Assembly (NCBI GenBank): GCA_039621445.1 | Contig: CP154954.1 | Span: forward strand, 21,774,954-21,838,953 | From: Euglena gracilis | Taxonomy: Eukaryota | DNA: 64,000 nucleotides | Direction: 5' to 3' | Shown here: positions 22,777-36,665 of the stretch, piece by piece | Position numbering within the stretch: position 1 is the stretch's first letter | Layout: the number at the start of each line of letters is the position of its first letter | Made by a program: the position numbers and the translations under genes | The notes under the pieces: generated by a model | What the model saw: the letters and a program-made list of their open reading frames with translations, nothing else | Databases searched by the model: none | What the model was told of the DNA's origin: nothing

Positions 22777-25700
22777 TTTTTCCTTTTGTCCATTTCGTCG
22801 ATTTTTGCACCTGTTTTAAAAAAAACCCCAAAAAACAAAATAAAAAACAAACAAAACAAATCAAAAAACAAATCAAAAAAACAGGTGATCCGGGGTATGG
22901 GTGTGGCAATTGCATCCGGGGCTCTGCAAACGCCGCACGAGGGAGTAGCGTCCCACCCCCAACCACAGCACAGGTTGAGATTCCCTGCCACGCTTGGGGT
23001 TGCGCCGGGGCCAATGTCCGCAGAATTTTGTAGCAATGGTGTCAACACATCAAAGTCGAAAAAAATCGAAAAAATGTTTGCCTAAAACCATTTTTTTTTG
23101 GCCTCCTGGACCCAGAAAACTGTTTTGGAGCCGAAACCCAGGAAAGTTGTAGCCATTGGGCCCGCAGGGTCATTGATTTGATGGGGAGGGAGGAACGCAA
23201 GGGTGGTGGAGGGGTCAGTGGAGGGACCCACCGGGCAGGAAAAAAAATGCTGTGGGCGTGTTTTTGTTTTTTTTTTTTGACCCATGGATAGGATCCCATA
23301 TTGTCATTTTCTCGAATGGGACCTTGGCTTGATGCATCGCAACGCTTTTTATGAAATTTTTGTTTTTTTGTGTTGTTTTGATTTTGTCGTGTTTTTTTTC
23401 GTTATGTGTTTTGGGTTTTGGTTTTCAAATTTTGGCTTGATTTGGTTCTCGGGGGGATGGGGGGTTTGGGGAGTTGGTGGGGCGGGGGGGGGGGGGTTTT
23501 CGAGTTTTTTGTGGAATGTTTGGGGGGGTCCGAGTCGTTTAATCGTTTTTTCCCTGGGGCTTTTTGGTCAGTTTTGTGTGCGACTGGGGGGTTTAAGCGG
23601 GGGTGTTGATTTTTTGTATGGCTGACCTGGGTTTTGGTGGGGGGTCCCAATTTTTTTCGTGTTTTTTTTTTTTGTGGGTTTTTAAGGAATTTGAGCGCTG
23701 TGCAGTCAGAGAAGGTCGGCCCACGTGTCGGGCATTCTTGCGCTCATTGCTGGTGTTTGTTTCCTTGCAACGCTTCTGGTGTCTTTAAGCCGAACCTGAC
23801 CCATCCCCGGGGGCATCCAGCAGCCACAGCCTTTCCAGCCCCGCACCTCCCCCCCCCCCCTCCCTCCCCCCCCATCGATGAGTCTTAATTATTTTTGGGC
23901 TGCTGGACGGTGACGGATTTTTTTATTCTTGCGGCGCAAAAATGGGAAAAGAATAGGCCGGACAAATTAGTACTAAAAGGAGCTTTTTTTTTTTGCATAT
24001 TTGGCAGTGTTTTGGGCATTTTTGGATTTTCGATTTTTTGGCATCCCGTTCGACCCCGGGTTGGGCTCCAGCCCGGGACCCCTGGGGGGGGGTCAGCAAG
24101 CAGCCTTTTTCCAGCCAGCCCAATTTTCCAGCCTCTGAGCTTGACCCCCGGGGGGGGGGGTCACCAAGCGACGCCCTGGCAGCCTGGTTGGGTGTGCGTC
24201 TCTCCGTCAGGTCCCCAGTCAGTAATCTGCGGACTGCATGGCAACCTCCTGCAACGCTCTGGGAAGTGCGGCTTGCATGTTTTGTTGAAGGTCACCCGAG
24301 GTGATGCATGGGGTTTGTTGTTCCTCAATCCGGTGAGTATGTGTTTTCATTGTTCTTTGCTCTATGTTTTTGATGTTTTTTTTTAACCTTAATTTTGTTG
24401 GGCGAATTGAGTTGAGGCCCCCTCCCTCCCCAAGTAAAACTCCCCAAATACTACCCCCCCCCCTGGTGACCGACTTCGGACAAATGGTTTGCCCAGATAA
24501 TGCTACCCCCTCAACATTAAGGTAAAGGCAAAGGACAGAAAGAGGATAATCCACCAATTAAATGGCAAAGAGAAAAAATCGATGAAAATCGTTCAAAGAT
24601 GCCGTATGTTGTGCAAATAAAATCCAAAAATGCCAAAAAAAAGGGCTGCGGGGACTGTTGGAGCGTGTTTTGGCCAAATCTGGGCCTTTGATTTTTTCCC
24701 TATTTAATAACCCCCAAATAATAAAACTCCCTCTGCACCCCCAGCTTCGAATGTTCAAACAATAGACTGGGGTTATTATTTTTCGGTGAGTGGCTTCGTC
24801 ACCCACAAACCCCCTGACAGATGGGCCTCTAAATACCCCCCAGGAAAACTAATGGCCAAACACCCCCCCTGTGTCCAACGACCCCCCCCCCCCAGTGAAC
24901 CGCACCGGGGGGTCCCCATCCTCCCCCAAATATATTTCCCCGCCAACCCCCACAAAACCCCCTGGGGGTTAGGCACTACGGGGGGGGGGGGCTGTGGACC
25001 GGTGGTCAGAGGTGGTCTATGTCCAACGCTTTGATCGGATGCTTCAGAGGTTACATTGCAATTAATTTGTTTTCCCCAATTGTATTTCAACCGTTCTGCA
25101 TGCTTGGTCAATCAATAAAGATGGTGTTGCAATTTATTACGGATAAGAAACCCCCTTGATTACAGATGAGCACCAATCCCTGTCATGTGGATGATGAAGT
25201 TACGTGACAGGACACAGGGCCGAGGGCCTATTTCCTTTTTGTTTTGTTTTGTTTTTGTTTTCGGTCATAAGGCCTTAAGGCTGCCTGGCAGCAAAAGTTC
25301 TGTTTGGCCTTTAAACCAAACCCCCGCCTCAACTTTCCCCCGGGGCAAAATGGAAGTCTGTTGAATATTTGTCTTGATGGTCTTCTAAACACAGATGATG
25401 TGCAAAGCGGACCCCCCGTTCACAGAGCCCACCCTCGACCTCCTCCGAGCCCTCCCTTTTTTTATGTGTGATTGTGTCATGCATGATTAGTCGAGCCCCC
25501 CTTCCAGTGTCCTGAGAGGGCAGCCCCTCACTGGCACGGCGGCACACAGCGGCCCAAGCGCCCGTCGCCCTCGTGCCTGACTCCCCGCAGAGCCATCTGG
25601 CAAGTGCCTCTGCGAGTGCGCTGCGCACTGTGGGATGACAGAAAGCTGCGCAAGGCAACACAACATTTAAGTGCTATTTATGCTGCCTAAAATGTTTCGA

Positions 25701-26199
25701 TGGCCTGAAGAGGGCTTCCCAAATAATGATGCGTGATCTGAACGCAGTGGATTGCGAATTCTTCGGGAGTCGGACATCGCCTCCAGGCCATTGATACACA
25801 AACAAGAGCAGAATCGACGTCGAAAAATACATTATTTGCATAATTGGCAGTTCGACCTCAGGTCAGGGACCCCTTGAGGGGGGGGGGGTCAGCCAGCAGC
25901 CTTTTTCCAGCCAGCCCAAATTTTCCAGCCTCTGAGCTGGAACCCTCGGGATCGTTTAAAAAACGTACGATCCCAGGGTGGCCGACCCCATAGGGGACAG
26001 TGATCGAGTGGTTTTCCCCCCCAAAAAACTGACTGGCTTGTTTTTGGACCCCTCTCCCTGGGTCAGTGGGAAAAAAATGACCCGGGCTCAGTGCCAGGGG
26101 GGGTCAGGTTTTTCATTTTCGATGGTTTTGAAATGTATTTCTGAGGATGGCTCTTTGTCACGGAGTGGGCTCCCATGCCCCCCTCCTCCTGTAGGCTGA

Positions 26200-27850
26200 C
26201 TTCCCATTCACCTGTGCCGGTATCTCGCCACACAATTGCTTGAAACTGGCTTCCATACCACCAATCCCTCAAAGATGCATTTGCATTTGGCTTAGCCAGC
26301 GTAAGTTGCCCAAAATTTTTAGCCATTTGAAGCAGATGAGGAAGCCGAAAAAAGCTTCCAGAAAATGGCCAAATTTTTTATTCTATTTTGGAGGGGGTTG
26401 ATTTCAACAAACAACAACTGTTTCTGTCTTCCGAACTTCCGTCTTGTCGAACCCTCCCCTCCGTTGTTAAAGCAATTTCGTGGTCCCAGCCTGCCCACCT
26501 CTCCCCCGCAATGTGCCCCTCAAGAATCGGGCGAGCAGTGATACCCCCCTGCGCCCTAGCAATGGCCTCGCCCAAATGTCACCACGTTGCCCTCGCTGTG
26601 TTTTTCATTGGCGAGCCTCTCCGGAAGTTGTTTCCCAGCTTTGTGCAAGGATGTGTGGTCCCTGATGGATGATGTTTACATGGATGGGAGCTCCATCAGG
26701 TTGTTGGAGGGTAAAGAAGTTCACCCCCACCTCCACGTACCAGACAAAAAGGGCTAGAGGCAAAAAAACAGCGCCAGGCCAGAAGAAGGGATAAAAGGCA
26801 CCAAACAAACAGCCACAGTGCACACAGGGGGGTTATGGGCAGCAGGGGGGGGGGTAGGGCTTTCCACCAAATTTTTGTGGGTGGTGTTACGACCCTCCTG
26901 GCGCCTTTGGCGGGGGGTACGAAAATGCCTGTTTTCAAGGGAAAATTTTCTTGGTTAGCAGGCACCTGGCAGGGTTGAAATAAATGAAGCTGAACTGGAG
27001 ACTCTGGCCAATGAGGGAGTCAAAAAAAAAACAACAACACCCAGCCAAAATTTCGAGCAAGTAAAAGGGGGGGAATAGCTGACATCTCATTGTCATGTGT
27101 TACTCCAGAGGGGGCAGTTGGACTTCAGCAGGGATGTAGGTTGAAAAGCGATATTTCCTGTCTGTTGCGGAAGCTGACACCTTCCCCAAAATTTCAGTGA
27201 CACGGCTTTGTAGTACCAATTGCCCCAAAGATGCATTTGCATTTCCGCCCAAATTTTTTTGAAAGGAAGCTCCTCCTGGCCAAATTTTTTATTCTTTTTG
27301 GAGGGGGTTGATTTCAACAAACAAACCCAATGCCGTTCTCTTCCCTTCTTGTCCCCTCCCCCCAAAAAAATTTCTTCCCCCTCCAATTTCGTTCCCGCAG
27401 CCCACCTCCCCCCGCAATGTTTGCCCGCCCACAACTGTCCTCCCCACACCCCCCCCGGTTGTTCATACCTCCTCTTCCACCGCCTCCCGCTTTTTTTTGT
27501 TCTTTACCCACTTTATGTCCAATCGTTCTTTTCCATTAAATTCCCCATCCACTTGTTGGACTTTACACCCACCCCATCCAGACAATGCCCAAACACCCCC
27601 ACCTCAAGGCATTAGGCACCACCAACCACCCCCGTACAAGTTGGCATTTTTCCCCCCCCATTTCCACATTTTTTGGGTGGTTGGTTGTTACGACCATGGC
27701 CCTTTGGGCTGAAAAATGCCATTTAAAAAATTCAACACCACCAGCCAAAAATTTCGCCAAATGAGCAATGCTGACATCTCCACCATTGTAGTACTCCAGA
27801 GGGGCAGTTGGACTTCATCTGTAGGTTGCGATATTTCTCCGGAGCTCCCC
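26200..27850. repeat. Diverged tandem duplication (repeat spacing ~0.7-0.95 kb)
   Basis: Shared blocks CAAAGATGCATTTGCATT (26270/27226), TTTTGGAGGGGGTTGATTTCAACAAACAA (26386/27296), TACTCCAGAGGGGGCAGTTGGACTTCA (27101/27792). Confidence 0.8.
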
Positions 27851-28659
27851 CCAAAAGTTTCAGTGAAGATTCGGCATTTATCTGCCAGCGTGTAGATAGA
27901 AAATAACATCAAAAAAATTGGACAAAGCGTTGGAAAATTCCTCAAACTCTACAGAAAGTGCAGACAGGAAAACAAAAGATTTGAGAGAAAATAAAGTGCA
28001 GTAAGCAAAACTCATGTTTAAGCAAAACTCATGTTGTTTGGAGGTGATTGTTCAAATTTCGAAGGAATTGCTCCCTCTCCACCACGCCTTATTTTTTTTG
28101 ATTCATTTTCGGCAGCAATGAGCTACATACCCCCCCAAATCGGCCCGTATAGTTCATCCAGGAGGGGGAGTCTGTTTAGTTCATCCTGGGTCCCATTTTC
28201 CAGGAAAGTTGGGTTATTGAATGGGATAGGCTGGACCCCGTTTTCAGGAAATTAGGAACAAATTGGGCGTGTTCCAGACCAAGTTAGCCTGATTTTTGAC
28301 CGAATTTGGGCAATTTTTAGGGAAAGCGTGTTCCGAAAAGTCTTTTTAAATGGGGACCTAATTTCAGGCCTAACTTTTGTCCTAAAGTGGGTCGGTTTTC
28401 TGCACGCTGATCACAACCCTAACCCTATTCCCATTCATAACGCCACATTCTCCCCAATGCCGCCGAAAGATGCCCGCAAGAGGCTGGTTTCCCAGGCTAA
28501 TCGGACCCAAAAAACCTGGATGAATTATATGCCCTCCCCCTCTGGGGGGCCATAGAGTTCATTGCCGCCGCATTTCATCCCAGAGTCTCATTTTCTTGGT
28601 TCATTTTTTGATTTTTCCCATTGTTTTGGTCATGCCTGACAAAAATATTCCAAGATGTG

Positions 28660-28713
<54 letters not shown>

Positions 28714-29539
28714 TTATATGTATTTCCTTTTTCTTCTCTAGTTTTTTTTGAGATTATCATTTTTCTCTTTTGGATTTGGCCTGTTCCCCCTTTTTTTGAA
28801 GTTGGGAAAGGTAATACAACTCCTTGGCCATCTCCTCAACCACATGAAATGCCAATTCCCAAGAAGGCTTATCTGGTTGTATTTGGTGACTGCTCCCAGA
28901 GCGCCAGACCCTCCTACCCCGGGACGCTATCCTCAACCATATGCCATCTGCTCCTTCTTTTCTTCTTGCACCTTCACGCGATGGACATGTGCACCTTGCC
29001 AATACATATGGCTGCAAATACGCATTCACGGATGCACCTTGTGTGTCAAAATGTGGTACCCGTAGTCTGAGGCTGTTGTTCATATCCTGAGGGTTTTCCT
29101 TTGGCCACCTTTCACGCGCAAAAGGTCAATTCACTTCTTTTCCCTGAGTCTTGCCAGTGTCTTTTTTAGGTTGTCGCTCCAGCTAAAGATCTTGCATTTA
29201 TGCTCTTTCGTCTTTTTTTTGGACATTTGCAAAAAAAGGAACGCGAGTTTCATTTTGGGGTCAGGTTTGCTTTTTAAGGAAATTTGCACCCCCGAGGGTT
29301 TATGTGGGTAGGCACGGGGTAGTGCATTTTCGACCTCCCCACCCTTCAGATCCGGCAGCTTTCGCCGGATTCAGGGAGGATTACCGCTTCATTTTAGGAA
29401 TAGGGTTGGTTAAGAGCCGCACACCGAAAATTATCTTGTTTTGGGTAAAAGTTAGGTCAGAAGTCAGGTCCCTCTTTCGGAGGATTTCTTTGGGTGTATC
29501 TTTGTCGGGGTTCACCCAAACTCGACCTAAGTTCTGCCT

Positions 29540-29639
29540 TCTGTCTGTCTGTCTGTCTGTATGGATGGATGGATGGATGGATGGATGGATGGATGGATGG
29601 ATGGATGGATGGATGTGGCTGTATGTATGTATGTATGTA

Positions 29640-29731
<92 letters not shown>

Positions 29732-29805
29732 TGTATGTATGTATGGATTGATGGATGGATGGATGGATGGATGGATGGATGGATGTATGTATGTATGTAT
29801 GTATG
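29540..29805. repeat. Compound microsatellite (TCTG/GGAT/GTAT)
   Basis: Tetranucleotide blocks. Confidence 0.98.
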
Positions 29806-31193
29806 CACATATATAAACCCCCCCAAATACAACCCCCCAAATATAAACCCCCCCTGAGGAACTTGAAATCCCGCCCGAATATAAAACCCCCCTCCGGTGC
29901 AAAGGCGCCGGAAGGAAAAAAATTCGACAACATATCTCCTGAAATTGTGACTTTTGGCAGATATGGGAGCAATTTTTACCAAAAGCGTGTGAAAACTGCT
30001 CCTTCGGCCGAAAATTTTGACCCCCAAGGGTGGGCGTATTTGTGATTTTAGACCGAAAAAGTGACGACTGGATCCCGCCAGGAAGTTTGTTTTTCAAACT
30101 GAATATAATCCCCCCCAATATAAAAACCCCTGGGGGTCTTGAAATATAAAACCGGGGGGTTTTATATTTGGGGGGGTTACCGACAGTTTATCTATTGAGG
30201 AGGATGGATGGCTGTTCACAAAGGAAGTGGGGTTTCAATATTTTTTAAAAAAATTAAACGCAACCATGAATCCCTTTGTGAACAACTTCACATCCATTGG
30301 CTCGCAGCTGTATTCATTCATGTTCCAGTTGCGCGACTGCATAACCACAAATAGCTTCTCAGCTGCTTTGGCACGTCCGACTGCCGGAGGCACTGGTTTA
30401 CACTTTAGACCAGCCGTGTAACGAAGTCAGAGGGGAGTCCAGTTTCGACGGGGTGAAACCAATGGGGTGGCTGGGGTAAAAGCAGGTGGCTGACTGCTGA
30501 GCCCCGGACAAAAACAATAACTCACTCAGTTAGGCAAAAAAAAAAAGAATCTTGGTGATTGAGGGTCCAAAGGTCACAAAAACTTAGGCCAAAATAGGTC
30601 GAAAATTGGTGCAACCTAGTTTACAGAAAAGATCTCAAAATGGTGGAATTCATTGATTTTTTTGCTGATTCTTTGGGAGTCAGACCCGGTAATGGAACAG
30701 GTACAGGAACCCAGGCATCCAGGCATCAGAAAACATCTACTGATCCACGGATCTCCTTTCTACATAGTGGCGCAAATCAAAACCAGAAAACGTGCAAAAG
30801 GTTCCCGCTTATGCAGCTACCTATTAACCGTTTCGGCTTCAGGGTGTGAAAATGTCCACTGTGTAAAAGGGGGCTGGCAGGTTTCCTGTCAAAGCATCCC
30901 ATCCATCCAGTTTGGGTGTGCACGCGAGGTAGGTTATGCGCATTCGCAGAAAATTCATGGGACAAAAAATAATAAATGTTCTTTGGTGTAAAATATCTTT
31001 CGCTTGGTTTCTTAGATTCCCTCTCGCACTCCATCTCGTACTTTGCACGTTGTTGGCTTGTTCATTTGCCCGTAAAATAGGATCAGGATGTGGTCTGGTT
31101 CCCCAGGATTGCAGGAGGAAATGCAAACACATTGAAAATTAGGGTGCCTAGAGAGGTGTCTCCACAGCGTGCAACGCACGTACGCCTGGCAAC

Positions 31194-31198
31194 GTGTG

Positions 31199-31289
<91 letters not shown>
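31194..31289. repeat. (TG)n microsatellite
   Basis: Dinucleotide array. Confidence 0.99.
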
Positions 31290-31291
<2 letters not shown>

Positions 31292-32627
31292 CTGGGAACT
31301 CCAATGGCTGCCACAGCAACTTGGGTTGTAGCTGGAACGATTTAGGGCAGGTAAAAACAAATCCCACACATACACTTTAACTTAAAAAAAAATTGGTACC
31401 TTTGTGCAATTGCGCAAAAAAAATCACTTGTGCAAATGCGCACACAGACACTCGAACAACAGCAAGAACGGTCTGTTTTAGCAACTACTCAAATGGAAGA
31501 TTATTGCAATTACGCAGGTGGTTCCTTTGCGTAATTGCCCCAAAAAAACACACGATGCTCCTTCGCACAATTGCGCAAAGAACCACTTGTGGTATTGCAA
31601 AAGTGGTCCATTCAAATGATGGGTTTGCTGCAATTATGAGAATTCAAAGTCATACAACTATTTGAAAATTGAATCCCCCCGCGAAACTGTCACCTGTCAG
31701 GCCAGCAAGTACAGAGGTAGGTGACAGGTCGGTTTTATGACAGGTCAGCGAGTACGGAGACAGGTGACATTTTCCCGGGGCCGGATCAGAGGTAAAACGG
31801 TGAATCTTTCGCCCCCAACTGATTTTCCCACATCCTTTGAGGTCCATTCAATTTTCCACCTTCAAAAAATACATATTCCATGAGACCACTGGTGTTTGAA
31901 GCCCAGTCCCAGAACGATGCGCACATCGCATTGCGCGGCTGTGCACAACTCATGAGGGGGGCACATCCCCTCACATGTGTGCACGATCTGACACCACAAT
32001 CGCGCGCTTGTGCACCAGGGCGGTCTTTCAAACAATTCAAAAAAAAAAACTCTGGTGTCCCACATTCGACTAAAAAAATCAACAAGAAAAATGGAATCGA
32101 TTCTGTTTCTAATTTTAGACCACGTTCGAGTCTCAGTCTGACCCTTGGTTGGTCGGGCCTGAGGGTGGTCCTTTACAAAAAAAACACGAAATCCTGTCCC
32201 TCATGGACCGCCCTGATATGCGCACGCTTGGTGCGTCATGTGCGCATGATCTGTCACATACAGTGTGATGTGTCCCTCATTGCTGCAAACAAACAAAACA
32301 ATACATAAAAACCTCTGCTGTCCCACAAGAATACACAAGAAAACGGAAAATTCGAATTTTTTTCGGCAAAAAAGGTTGGCTTTGGGGGGGAGAGTTTTCT
32401 GGCATTAAAACCTGGCGCTAAACCAGCCAAAATACAAAAATATGGCAGCCATAAAACCAAGGCCCCTCCGGGGCATTGATTTTATCCGGGGTGGGGGTGT
32501 GTATGGTTGTACTGGGTCCCACCTTGGGGGGAAAACAGGGGTTATTGTTAGGGTTATAACTGTACTTCCGGAGTACTCCCATTCTTAGAAAGTCAGGGAG
32601 AAGCTAGACCCCGTTTCGGACCGAGTT

Positions 32628-32691
<64 letters not shown>

Positions 32692-32911
32692 TACATACAT
32701 ACATACATACATACGTACATACATACATACATACATACATACATACATACATACATACATACATACATACATACATACATACATACATACATACATACAT
32801 ACATACATACATACATACATACATACATACATACATACATACATACATACATACATACATACATACATACATACATACATACATACATACATACATACAT
32901 ACATACATACA

Positions 32912-32947
<36 letters not shown>

Positions 32948-33053
32948 TGTATATATATGTATATATATACATATATATATACATATATATGTATATATAT
33001 ATGTATATATATGCATATATATGTATGTATATATATATATATATATATATATA
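32628..33053. repeat. Compound (GACA)n(TACA)n(TA)n microsatellite
   Basis: Directly visible. Confidence 0.99.
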
Positions 33054-33156
33054 ACAAACAATACTAGATCACCTGAGAGGAGGCTTAATAACCCCCCCTC
33101 CACACACACTAAAACATATGTATGTATATATATATGTGTGTGTATATATACATATA

Positions 33157-33251
<95 letters not shown>

Positions 33252-33275
33252 TTATGTGTGTGTGGAGGGGGGGGT

Positions 33276-34591
33276 CGCTGAGCTCTTATCTCTTTAGAGT
33301 AAGAGCGAAGCTTACCACCCCGGCGACGGGGGGGTCGGACCCCCCGCCCCCCCCCCCTGGGTAGGTCGGGACACCCGAGGATTATCGATGTGATTGGATT
33401 TCCGGGCCCCCAAAATGAATAGCCTATAGGTTAGGAGAGGATCCCTAGTTTCTCCAGAGCCCTTCGGTTACCCGTAACTCCCCGCCAGTCCGGAGATATG
33501 GCCCGAGCAAAAAAGTTGTCTACCGTTTTTTTTTCCGGGGAAATTGCAGGGTCATTTTGGGGTCAAAAAATCGAAAAATTCAAAATATCTCGAAAACGCC
33601 GTGGAGTTGAGGAAAAGTAATGAGGACGTCATTCCACAACTTTGGGACGCCCGATCGATCGGTATGCGCGGTTTGGGCCAACTCCTTGCCTAGCCCGAGA
33701 TACGGCCGTTTTGGGGTTTTGGGCCAGTTTTGCCAGCTTTGGCCATTTCGGGCCCGTTCGGGGCCCGAAACCGTAAATTGGCCGTATCTCGGGCTAGACG
33801 AGGAGTTGGAGCCCAAACCAGGGGGCCAATCATTAGGTTTAGGGGGGGGCTTTGACCGTTTTTTGGGGTTTCCGGGGCCTGGTTGTGCGATTTTGGGCCA
33901 GTTTTGGGTATTCGGGGACCCCTGCAGGGGGTTCGAGGGCGGCTGGGCGAGGGGGGGACAGGTGGCAGGTCGGGACCAAAAATTTTGAAAAAAATTTTTT
34001 CGTTCAAAAACACTTTTTTTCACTTAAGAACATCAAAAAAAGTGTTTTTGGGCGAAAAAAATTTTCCGACCTGGACCCCCCCCCATGCCCCCCCTGGCTG
34101 GGGCCCGCCCGCCCCCCTGGCCGGTGTGGACTTAGCCATTTTTGGGTCAAAAAGTCGAAAAAAATCGAAAATTTTTTTTTTTTTTAATTTTTTTTTTTTG
34201 ACCTCCCGGACCCGAAAAAAGTGTTTTCGAGCCAAAAATGAGCGTTTTTCGACCCGCCAGCGCCCCGTTTTGGGCCGCCAATCCATTGACTTTGGGTCAA
34301 AACCGGGTCAAAAAAGTCGAAAAAAATCGAAATTTTTTTTTGCCCAGAACAATGTTTTTTTTGGCCTCAGAGACCCGTAAAACCTTTTTTTGAGCTGAAA
34401 ATGAGCGTTTTTCGACCCGCCAGCCGGGCCGGGCCGCCGGGCCGCCGGGCCACCGGCCGGGCCGGGCCACCGGGCCGCCGGGCCGCCGGCCGGTCCGCAC
34501 CACCGGGCCGGGCCGCGCCCCTGGGCCGATGGCAGGCTGGGCCGGGCCGGGGTGGTCTCCCAAAGAGCTCAGCTCTACCTCACACCCTGGT
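33276..34591. mobile_element. Cassette 1 (non-coding; Helentron/HINE-like architecture)
   Basis: Starts CGCTGAGCTCTTATCTCTTTAGAGTAAGAGC (hairpin) and ends AAGAGCTCAGCTCTACCTCACACCCTGGT; 11-bp subterminal inverted repeat; GGCC-rich tract at 34420-34550. Confidence 0.8.
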
Positions 34592-36449
34592 CGCTGAGCT
34601 CTTATCTCTTTAGAGTAAGAGCGAAGCTTACCACCCCCCCCGAAACCCCCCCCTGACCCCCCCCCCCCCCCCCCCCCCCGCCCCCCGCCCCCCCCCCCCC
34701 CCCTGAGTAGGCCCGGGCACCCGCGGATTATCGATGTGACCTGATTTCCGGACCCGAGAAGTTAATAGCCTATAGGTTAGGAGAGGGTCCCTAGTTCGTC
34801 CAGAGCCCGTATTTTGCCCCCAACTCCCCGCCGGTCCGGAGATCTGGCCCGAGCAAAAAAGTTGTGTACCGTTTTTTTTTCCAAAGAACTTTTGTTGGAC
34901 CAGCAACAGGGGGTCATTTGTGGGGTCAAAAAATCGAAAAATTCAAAATATCTCGAAAACGCTGGGGAGTTGAGAAAAGCTAAAGAGTACCTCATTCCAC
35001 AGCTTTGGGACGCCCTATCCACCGGTATGCGCTGTTTGGGCCAACTCCCCGCCTGGGCCGAGATACGGCCGTTTTGTGGTTTCGCCGTGGGGGGACTCTG
35101 CCATTTGGAGCCCAAAATGGGCCAAAAAACCAGTTTTTGCAAAATATCTCCAAAATGGTGGGGAGGTGAAAAAAATGTCCGGAGACCTAAATTGAAGCCC
35201 TTGGAACGCCCTATCTACTGGTATTTTGATTTCCCCGCTGCTCCCCGCCTAGCCCTAGATACGGCCGTTTTCAGGTCCAAATGGCCGTTTTGTACATTTT
35301 TCCCTCTATCCGACTTAGCCGTTTTCGGGCCAAAAAGTCGAAAAAAAACGGAAAAATGTTTTTTTTGCCCGAAACCATGTTTTTTGGCTTCCTGGACCCG
35401 GAAAAGGTGTTTTCGAGCCGAAAATTGGTGTTTTTCGACCCCCCAGCCCATCATGGCCCTCGTGGCCCATGATGCGCATCATGGCCAATGATGGCCATCA
35501 TGACCAATGATGCCCATCAAGACCCCGGATGGCCATCATGACCCCCCCGGATGGCCATCATGACCAATGATGGCCATCATGACCATTACGGCCATCATGA
35601 CCAATGATGGCCATCATGACCCCGGATGGCCATCATGACCCCGGATGGCCATCATGACCCCGGATGGCCATCATGACCCCGGATGGCCATCATGATCAAT
35701 GATGGCCATCATGACCCCGGATGGCCATCATGACCAATGATGGCCATCATGACCAATGATGGCCATCATGACCCCGGATGGCCATCATGACCCCGGATGG
35801 CCATCATGACCAAAGATGGCCATCACGACCCCGGATGGCCATCATGACCCCGGATGGCCATCATGACCCCGGATGGACCCATCATGACCCCGGATGGCCA
35901 TCATGACCCCACATGGCCATCATGACCAATGATGGCCATCATGACCCCGGATGGCCATCATGACCCCGGATGGCCATCATGAACCCGGATGGCCATCAGG
36001 ACCCCGGATGGCCATCAGGACCCCGGATGGCCATCATGACCCCGGATGGCCATCATGACCAATGATGGCCATCATGACGACCATCATGACCCCGGATGGC
36101 CATCATGACCCCGGATGGCCATCATGACCCCGGATGGCCATCATGACCCCGGATGGCCATCATGACCCCACATGGCCATCATGACCAATGATGGCCATCA
36201 TGACCCCGGATGGCCATCATGACCCCGGATGGGCAATGATGACCCCGGATGGCCATCATGACCCCGGATGGCCATCATGACCCCGGATGGCCATCATGAT
36301 CAATGATGGCCATCATGACCCCGGATGGCCATCATGACCCCGGATGGACCCATCATGACCCCGGGCCGGGCCGCGCTGCTGGGCCGCTGGCAGGCGGGGC
36401 CGGGCCGGGGTGGTCTCCTAAAGAGCTCAGCTCTACGTCACACCCTGGT
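34592..36449. mobile_element. Cassette 2 (diverged paralogue of cassette 1, contains a minisatellite)
   Basis: First 49 bp (including the preceding GGT) identical to cassette 1; last ~50 bp differ at 2 positions; interior colinear but diverged. Confidence 0.8.
35486..36362. repeat. 19-bp minisatellite GATGGCCATCATGACC(CCG/AAT), roughly 45 copies
   Basis: Head-to-tail units with palindromic core GATGGCCATC; two interspersed variants. Confidence 0.97.
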
Positions 36450-36665
36450 TATTAAGCCTCCTCTCAGGTGATCTAGTATTGTTTGACCTCAGTGGGCGTG
36501 TATTTTGGGGGCGTTTGACCCTCTGTCCAACCTGGCTGAAGGCCTGCCATTTTTAAAAAAAAACAAAATTAAAAAATGTAAAAATTTTCGGTCGGTTTTG
36601 GGCAGGTTTTCAGTGGTTGGGTGGGTGGGTCGACCGGGGAGGGGGGTGCATGGGTGGGTTTCAAC

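Larger units (their letters stand above)
33055..36485. mobile_element. Fold-back element with 39-bp perfect outer inverted repeat, carrying two stacked cassettes
   Basis: CAAACAATACTAGATCACCTGAGAGGAGGCTTAATAACC (33055-33093) and its exact reverse complement (36447-36485). Inner arms CCCCCCTCCACACACAC / GTGTGTGTGGAGGGGGG surround (TA)n. Confidence 0.9.

Noticed and set aside
21784-23905. CAGCGGCC…GGCTGCTG as termini of the transposase-bearing element
   Set aside because: The flanking 8-mers (GAGGTCGT / GACGGTGA) do not form a convincing TSD.
35486-36362. CRISPR-like array
   Set aside because: Units are contiguous with only a 3-nt two-state variation; no unique spacers, no cas genes, eukaryotic context.
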